A stretch of DNA of 64,000 bases from Eledone cirrhosa (taxonomy: Eukaryota). A program made the position numbers and the translations under genes. Below the pieces are notes generated by a model. That model did no database searches and had not been told where the DNA came from. It worked only from the letters and a program-made list of their open reading frames with translations. Positions 56,501 through 64,000 of the stretch are shown here, piece after piece (position 1 is the first letter of the stretch; each line of letters begins with the position of its first letter). Where the stretch lies: NCBI GenBank assembly GCA_964016885.1, contig OZ024740.1:244838001-244902000 (forward strand), given 5' to 3'.

Positions 56501-57867
56501 ACGAGGAAAATAGGACTCTGCAAGATATGAGTTCAGCTCACACAAAAAAACGAAACAAATATTCACAAAGAATTATGTCTGGCGCTCTATGTATTCTGCT
56601 AGTCTGTTTATCTGGACTGGAACTTTATGCTATCGACCTCGCAATGATAAAAGAGGAAAAGCTGGTCTCGGTGAGAATTTAATTCGAAAGGCAAGGAACT
56701 TGAATGAATAGCACGTCAAATAGCCACGTTCTCAGTGTGTTTGTTTTTTTCGTTTGTTAAATTAGAGTTGTCTATCTTACATGAAGTTTTTTTATTTTCA
56801 GTAATTGTCTCTCTTACATGAAGTTTTAAATTTTCAGTAATTGTCTCCCTTAGTAATATTACCGTAATGTTTTCATATTCGTTAAAAATAAATTAATTTT
56901 CCTAATATCAAAGTCTCTTTTCGAAATAAAATACAATAATTTGTCTTTAATAAATGTTTAAAGTGAAATAATATTCCCAATCATCGGAAAGATCAACTAA
57001 TTGAGCGTAAATGTGCTGAAATGAAAATCAATGGATGGTAGGATTGTTGACAAGGTATTCCACGTAATCCAATTACTTTTGTTACATTGTGTCGGACGTC
57101 TTTCAAATATCTGAGGTTGACGCTTCTCACACGAATACTGAGCGCATTGAAGTTTGTTAGTTCTGTTTCTGTAAGAAGACTTACTTTATTTTATTTATTT
57201 TTATTTTATTTTATTTTATTTTATTTTATTTTATTTTATTTTATTTTATTTATTTTTTAAAATTTGCTTCATGTAGTGTCCTCTTAAACGCTGAAACACA
57301 TGCATGTGAGAGCTTACTTCCCTGAAGACATTCCACTGTCCAGCTCTCTTGGGTGTTCCTTGCCACCATTGTCTGTAAAACATAAATATGGATTCCGTAA
57401 ATAACTTTAGGAACCATTACCATAACCGAACGGACGAAACTTCTCTTAAAACAAAAAACATATTGTATTCTCCTTCATCTTTATAGCAGTAACACCATTC
57501 GTTCGGGATTTTAAATCACTATCTCTTGCTTGAAGAAACGGCCCAACACTTGACCGATGTGATGTATTATTTTATAGCGCATGGGAAGTATAAAAAGCAA
57601 AATTGATATCGTTGGACATTGAAGTCAAGGTGAAAAGGCCAGAACAATATACCACAAGCCATTTCGTCCGAAGTTCTAATGATTCTGCCAGTGTACAACC
57701 ATGATTTATAATTGTTCTAGGAAACGGGAAGATGGTTATTTTTATATAGTCAAACATTCTCTAATACGAGTTTTGTTTTATTTATTATGAATATTTATGG
57801 GTGGGTATTGTGAGTTCTGCAAAGTTGGGGAAACAATATATGGTTTCAGCGATTAAATAAGTTTAAC

Positions 57868-58305
57868 AATACGATCGCGAATACAATCGGCTAAAATGGC
57901 GTTTCTCCGAAGGGGCTTTAGAGTAGCGTTACTAGGTAGAGTGCGTAGCTCGGAGATCAGGGTATCACTCCGGGTAGAGTCACTGCGTCTCCAAATTGAG
58001 AGGTCACAGATCCAATACTACAGACAATGTCTAGGGGAAAATTCGCTGGGAAGGTTTTATGGGCAAAACCAGTCGGCAGGAAACCCAGGGGTAGACCCCG
58101 AGCAAGATCGTTGGATAACATCCATGAGCTTAGCAGGTCTTGCTTGCAGATCCAGCCAGATCAACTGGAGTCAGCTGTTTCCGACAGGACATGCTTGCAT
58201 AAATGGTAGAAGAAGAAGAAGAAGAAGAAGAAGAAGAAGAAGAAGAAGAAGAAGAAGAAGAAGAAGAAGAAGAAGAAGAAGAAGAAGAAGAAGAAGAAGA
58301 AGAAG
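57868..58305 (+). mobile_element. RTE-clade LINE 3' end with (GAA)n tail
   Basis: 'RVRSSEIRVSLRVESLRLQIERSQ' and 'KPRGRPRARSLDNI'. Confidence 0.85.
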
Positions 58306-58312
58306 AATCATT

Positions 58313-58372
<60 letters not shown>

Positions 58373-58567
58373 TTCTTCTTACACTTTGAGCTACAAATCT
58401 AAAAAGGTAGCAGATTGGTTTATTGATAATGACTTGAAAATTACTAAACTTCTTTGTGAAAAGCAACAACTATTCAAAACAAATCCAAAGTAAGTCAAAC
58501 AATTCTAGCCAAGACATGATATATAAATCTATTAAATTAAAAATTTAGTGTCGTCTCTAAAGATAAT

Positions 58568-58748
58568 TGTTTCTACTTTAGGCACAAGGCCAGCAATTAA
58601 CCAGTGTATTACTGGTACTTTATTTTATCGACCCCGTAAGGATGAAAGGCAAAGTCTACCTCGGCGGGATTTGAACTCAGATCGTAAAGGGACGTAACTA
58701 CGCTGGAAAGCATGGCGTCCGACTTTCTTCCGATACTGCCAATCCACA
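58568..58748 (-). mobile_element. tRNA-derived SINE, family 1, with TSD
   Basis: TSD 'gtcgtctctaaagataat' at 58550-58567 and 58749-58766. Confidence 0.9.
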
Positions 58749-59293
58749 GTCGTCTCTAAAGATAATCATTTCTTACAAGAGTAATTCCCCTTTCACACAA
58801 TTAACATCCTGAATGCTTTCCCTTCTATATTTTCACTGAAAATTTACAATTATGTAATATTTAAAATATGTGGTAAAGTGAAACATGAAACAGGAAATAC
58901 ATAAGATATTTGTCAATGTTTTTTTTTTCTTTTAGGTTTCTGATATATATATCTACCACGCTGTGTAAACCTGAACAAAACTATGAAATATTTCTAAAAG
59001 CCTATATACTTCTATTATAAACGTTTACAACAGATTAGTATTTTCTTAACGCTTCGTTGCTATTTCTTTGTGATCACTGACCCACTAAACATGTTATTGT
59101 AAACAAATCAGCGAGTCATCAGTAGAAAATGTTATGCCAACATGAAAGGTTTCAGGTGCAAATTTTTGTAACAATCAATAATTTTAAGGAGAGGGAAGGA
59201 AAAGGAGGGATTAAATAAAACTTTGTGTATGTGTGTATGTATTTATGATTATGTAACATGTCTTAACGTTTATTTTATACATATATATGTATG

Positions 59294-59357
<64 letters not shown>

Positions 59358-59389
59358 CGGGGGGGGTGCATGTGGGTGTGTGGGTGTGG

Positions 59390-59420
<31 letters not shown>

Positions 59421-59424
<4 letters not shown>

Positions 59425-59535
59425 TTGAAAAAAATGAAAACGAAATTTCATTTCTCACTCTTAGTATGGCACTTACTTAAATGTAAGTATGTATGTATAC
59501 GTACATACATATATGCATACAGACGTACAGTAGCA

Positions 59536-59593
<58 letters not shown>

Positions 59594-60025
59594 CATACAG
59601 GTACACATACATATATGCACGCATCAGTTTAGCGGACGCTTATTATAACGCCGCTTTGTTCGTTTGTAAACAAACTGAACAGCCTGAATTTATGCCATAC
59701 GGTGTTAAGGCAACCACGTCACCTTTTTGTTCAACACTGACACAGGAACGATGTACTAGTTTCAAGCTTGTTAGCTATCATCAGCACCGTATACCCATCT
59801 GCCAGATAGTTGAACGTTCGAAAGTATATACTTTCCTTATGAAAATTAACGGCTGAGCAGCCTAATTTGCATATTGAGTGAGTTAAATCGGTCAGGCATA
59901 CCGAAAACGATAAGTTGAAAAAAATGAAAACGAAATTTCATTTCTCACTCTTAGTATGGCACTTACTTAAATGTAAGTATGTATGTATACGTACATACAT
60001 ATATGCATACAGACGTACAGTAGCA

Positions 60026-60101
<76 letters not shown>

Positions 60102-60347
60102 CATACAGGTACACATACATATATGCACGCATCAGTTTAGCGGACGCTTATTATAACGCCGCTTTGTTCGTTTGTAAACAAACTGAACATCGTTCCTGTG
60201 TCAGTGTTGAACAAAAAGGTGACGTGGTTGCCTTAACACCGTATGGCATAAATTCAGGCTGTTCAGTTTGTTTACAAACGAACAAAGCGGCGTTATAATA
60301 AGCGTCCGCTAAACTGATGCGTGCATATATGTATGTGTACCTGTATG

Positions 60348-60401
<54 letters not shown>

Positions 60402-60451
60402 TGCTACTGTACGTCTCTATGCATATATGTATGTACGTATACATACATACT

Positions 60452-60455
<4 letters not shown>
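59421..60455. mobile_element. Retrozyme/pLTR-like non-coding element: 490-bp tandem unit (minus) plus inverted partial copy
   Basis: Direct repeat starting at 59421 and 59911; inverted copy at 60188-60455; HHR at 59749-59789; diverged relative at 63905-64000. Confidence 0.8.
59749..59789 (-). ncRNA. Minimal type I hammerhead ribozyme motif
   Basis: cggtg-CTGATGA-t-agct(aaca)agct-t-GAAAC-ta-GTA-catcg; palindromic stem III ACTAGT. Confidence 0.8.
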
Positions 60456-60495
<40 letters not shown>

Positions 60496-60620
60496 TGTAT
60501 GTATAGTATATTTAGCAATGTACCGTATGCTTAATTAAAAACATTTTAGAAGACCATACGCTATCAGCTTTAAAGTAGTGACTATGTCACTTACTTATTT
60601 TCGGCGAAAGAAGAGAGAGA

Positions 60621-60661
60621 AGCTGACAGTCTGTTTCACGCTGGTTGGCGTCATTAGAGCC
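60621..60661 (-). ncRNA. Hammerhead motif with core mutation (CTAATGA)
   Basis: Mirror of 60882-60923 with G5>A but intact stem III (aca-gac-tgt). Confidence 0.6.
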
Positions 60662-60748
60662 ATGTACTCCCCTGCTTTCGCCGAAAATTATAGAAGCTGG
60701 ATTCTTATAGAATTCCAGTAATAATCAGGAGCTGATTACACAGGGTGA

Positions 60749-60814
<66 letters not shown>

Positions 60815-60881
60815 TCATTACTTACTGGAATTCTATAAGAATCCAGCTTCTATAATTTTCGGCGAAAGCAGGGGAGTACGT

Positions 60882-60923
60882 GGCTCTGATGAACGCCAAC
60901 CAGCGTGAAACAGACGGTCAGCT
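60882..60923 (+). ncRNA. Type I hammerhead ribozyme motif
   Basis: ggct-CTGATGA-acgc(caacca)gcgt-GAAAC-agacg-GTC-agct, enclosed in a longer stem ttttcggcgaaag.agggga/tccct.ctttcgccgaaaa. Confidence 0.8.
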
Positions 60924-61019
60924 TCTCTCCCTTCTTTCGCCGAAAAGAAGTAAGTAAGGGTACATAAAGTAAGTACAGCGAACTTTTTAAAATTTATTTT
61001 AAAACTTTTTCTCTATTTG

Positions 61020-61132
<113 letters not shown>

Positions 61133-61547
61133 TAACTGTCCCTAGTACTTAGACATCTCAATGAAAGGATACGATATATTAATAAATTATCTACTCAGAG
61201 GAATAATTAAACATATCAAGCTTCAGCCAAAATCTCTATTTGAAGCTAGACAGACTAAAATAAAGCGGTTTTACTCATATAGTTCCCCAGCCGTGGTTTC
61301 TGAATTCAAGAAACAACATTAGTTATTCCAAGACGTTGGACTAACCAATATTATATCCCCTATTCACAGAATATTTTCTTAACGCTTCGTTGCTCTTTCT
61401 TTGTCATAATTGACCCACTGTGCGGGTTTCTATAAGAGAACGAGTGTTTCCGACTTCGCAGCTCTGATTTTCATTCCTGCCAAGCAGTACTCAGCAGCAA
61501 ACCTATCAAGTGCATATTGGAGATCACCTTCTGACGAGTTAAGTAAT

Positions 61548-61728
61548 TGTTTCTACTTTTGGCACAAGGCCAGCAAATACCCAGAGTATTACTGGTACTT
61601 TATGTTATCGATCCCGTAAGGCTGAAAGGCAAAGTTAACCTCGGCGGGATTTGAACTCAGAATGGCAAGGGCCGTAACTCTATGCGTCAAAGCATGGCGT
61701 CCGACCCTCTACCGATACTGTCAATCCA
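61548..61728 (-). mobile_element. tRNA-derived SINE, family 1, with TSD
   Basis: TSD 'acgagttaagtaat' at 61534-61547 and 61729-61742. Confidence 0.88.
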
Positions 61729-61742
61729 ACGAGTTAAGTAAT

Positions 61743-62612
61743 ACCATGTCGTCCGCAAGTTCCAATCCACTAATCCTATACTCACTAGTCTTAATGCCAC
61801 TTCCAGCCCCGCTGCGCATGTCAGTCATGTTCGTGAAGATTATGAATATGGGAGCTGATAGTACGCACCTTTGGTGGAATTCTACACCCACTAGAGCATT
61901 CTTATAGAAACACCAGGGTATCAAGAAGCTATTCATCGATCCTACACTCTTGCAAAACCTTCCACAACAGGTCTTGTAGAAAGCTGCCGTATTCCTGTCC
62001 GAGGTCTACGATGCAAGTGAAGAAGTTCAAGTTATGCGAGACCGTATTCACCAGTATTGGAAGGGAGAAGGCTGAATTAAGTGCAAGAATTGCAGGAGCT
62101 GGTTCTGTAATGTACAATCTTCAACATTCGGTAAAAGCCAAACTCGCTAGCTTCAATTCGGTATTCGTGCCAAGGAAAGAATACGACCGCGAATACGAGC
62201 AGCCAAAATAGGGTTCCTCCAAAGGGTTCCTCCAAAGGTTCTATGGAGTAACGTTACTCGATAGCGTGCATAACCCGGAGCTCAGAGTGTCCCTCCAGGT
62301 AGAGCCGTTACTCCGTCGAATTGAGAAATCACAGCTCCGATACTTCGAACATGTGGTTTTAATGTCTCAGGAAAGAATCACTGGACACATTTTACGGTCA
62401 AAACCAACTGGCAAGTGACACAGAGGTAGACCCCGAGCAAGAGGGTTGGATAACATACATGAGATCGGCAGCTCTCACTTGAAGCTCCTGCCAGACCAAT
62501 TGTAGATCTGTGTAGCACAATTGTAGTGTGCTTGAGAAAGAAGAAGAAGAAGAAGAAGAAGAAGAAGAAGAAGAAGAAAAAGAAGAAGAAGAAGAAGAAG
62601 AAGAAGAAGAAG
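61743..62612. mobile_element. RTE LINE fragment with internal inversion and (GAA)n tail
   Basis: 61743-62010(-) reads 'LLWKVLQEC','GVEFHQRCVLSAPIFIIF','LELADDMVL'; 62011-62535(+) reads 'QVKKFK...ELSARIAGAG' through to the tail. Confidence 0.8.
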
Positions 62613-62625
62613 ACATACATGTATA

Positions 62626-62684
<59 letters not shown>

Positions 62685-62691
<7 letters not shown>

Positions 62692-62768
62692 AACAAAAGA
62701 TGGTTAAAAGAGTTCCATGTATTTTATAAAATACATGGAACTCTTTTAACCATCTTTTGTTCTTATAT
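62685..62768. repeat. Perfect palindrome adjacent to (TA)n
   Basis: ataagaacaaaagatggttaaaagagttccatgtatttt-at-aaaatacatggaactcttttaaccatcttttgttcttat. Confidence 0.9.
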
Positions 62769-62856
62769 ATTATGTATACTCCAGTCCTACAAACTGTAGA
62801 GTGCTTCTTATCCGATATCTGCATTGCTTTATTGTACTACAATAAAACTCACCTCC

Positions 62857-62921
<65 letters not shown>

Positions 62922-63068
62922 GTGAGGTTTTTTTTACAAATTGAAAAATAACCGAGGTGTCCTACACGAGTGAAAGTATAAAGAAAAAGAGATGAAATCG
63001 AAAATGCAACTAGAGTCTTATTTTTTTTTTAAATATATATATTTATTTGGTTCCTTTACCGATTTCGC

Positions 63069-63116
<48 letters not shown>

Positions 63117-63398
63117 ATCTGCGAAATCGGTGCGAAATCGGTGCGAAATCCGTGCGAAATCCGTGCTGTTTGCTCTGATCAGAGCAAACAGCACGGACAC
63201 TCTATCTCAAAATTATTTTTGAAAAGCATTTAGAAATGCGCAACCGGTAAAAACTTAAAAACTTAAAACCACAACTGAATACTAACCCATACAATCACTA
63301 ATACTCTTTTATTCCTAATTAAACCATTTTTCAACTGTGAACAATTTGTCAGCATTTTCTATTCCGTTTACCAATATATAATAACTTGTGTGTTACAC

Positions 63399-63461
<63 letters not shown>

Positions 63462-63467
<6 letters not shown>

Positions 63468-63802
63468 ATATTAACAAATGGAAACTATATTTATAAAACC
63501 ATATTTATTTCATATTTCAAGGACACCAAAGCAAATTATGGTGCCCTTTCATCAGATAAAATATAATATCGATCAGTTTTATAAACAAATATTGACATAC
63601 CCATAAAGAATGCGACCATGTTTATCCGGGAACTTCCAGCCGACATGGTCGCATTCTTTAAGGGTATGTCAATATTTGTTTATAAAACTGATCGATAATA
63701 TATTTTATCTGATGAAAGGGCACCATAATTTGCTTTGGTGTCCTTGAAATATGAAATAAATATGGTTTTAGAAATATAGTTTCCATTTGTTAATATATTG
63801 TA
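63462..63802. repeat. Palindrome (~160-bp arms) beside (TA)n with HHR-like motifs at 63504-63560(-) and 63704-63760(+)
   Basis: tttat-CTGATGA-aagggcacca...tggtgtcctt-GAAAT-at-GAA-ataaa; stems I and II perfect, cleavage-site triplet altered in both arms. Confidence 0.85.
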
Positions 63803-64000
63803 TTTTTACTCCAATAATTTGTTGAGTGCTTTATATCAGTTATAAAAATATTTGCTTGTTGTATCTCCACAAATTAAATATAACTTATACATATATATAT
63901 GTGTGCATGTATGTATATATACATACTACTGTACGTCCGTATACATATATGTATGAACGTGTACATACTTATATTTAAGTAACAGCCGTACTAAGAGTGG

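Larger units (their letters stand above)
60590..60956. repeat. Inverted repeat (~130-bp arms) around a central (TA)n, each arm with an HHR
   Basis: 60590-60721 is approximately the reverse complement of 60823-60956. Confidence 0.9.

Noticed and set aside
58918-59000. Possible exon after a polypyrimidine tract and AG at ~58935
   Set aside because: No ORF or splice donor could be supported downstream.
59287-60444. ORFs of 189, 127 and 97 aa in the tandem/inverted element
   Set aside because: They start in or span microsatellites and have no recognisable domain; better explained as a non-coding repeat.

Overview
AT-rich, microsatellite-dense animal genomic DNA. It is probably an octopod cephalopod, an inference from the recurring tRNA-derived SINE ending in '...gcctttcatcc...ggggtcgataaaataaagtaccag...agaaacaattat'. 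Most ORF-track entries are microsatellite artefacts. There is one credible host coding exon (44060-44449, a 129-aa single-pass membrane protein). The rest is mobile DNA: a near full-length decayed L1/Tx1-type LINE in (TCTA)n, Penelope-like (PLE) RT/GIY-YIG remnants, RTE LINE fragments with (GAA)n tails, R4/Dong-type RLE 3' ends in (TACA)n, a decayed Chapaev3-like transposon, hAT and mariner remnants, two non-autonomous Helitrons and many SINEs. The most striking unannotated signal is a dispersed set of at least 10 loci with type I hammerhead ribozyme (HHR) motifs, found by manual folding. They sit in short non-coding elements of several dissimilar families next to (TA)n tracts. Many form head-to-head palindromes with a ribozyme on each strand. 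One tandem 490-bp unit has an inverted copy starting at the predicted self-cleavage site, and three loci share a CCGANGA core variant. All folding and family calls were made by eye; no searches were run.
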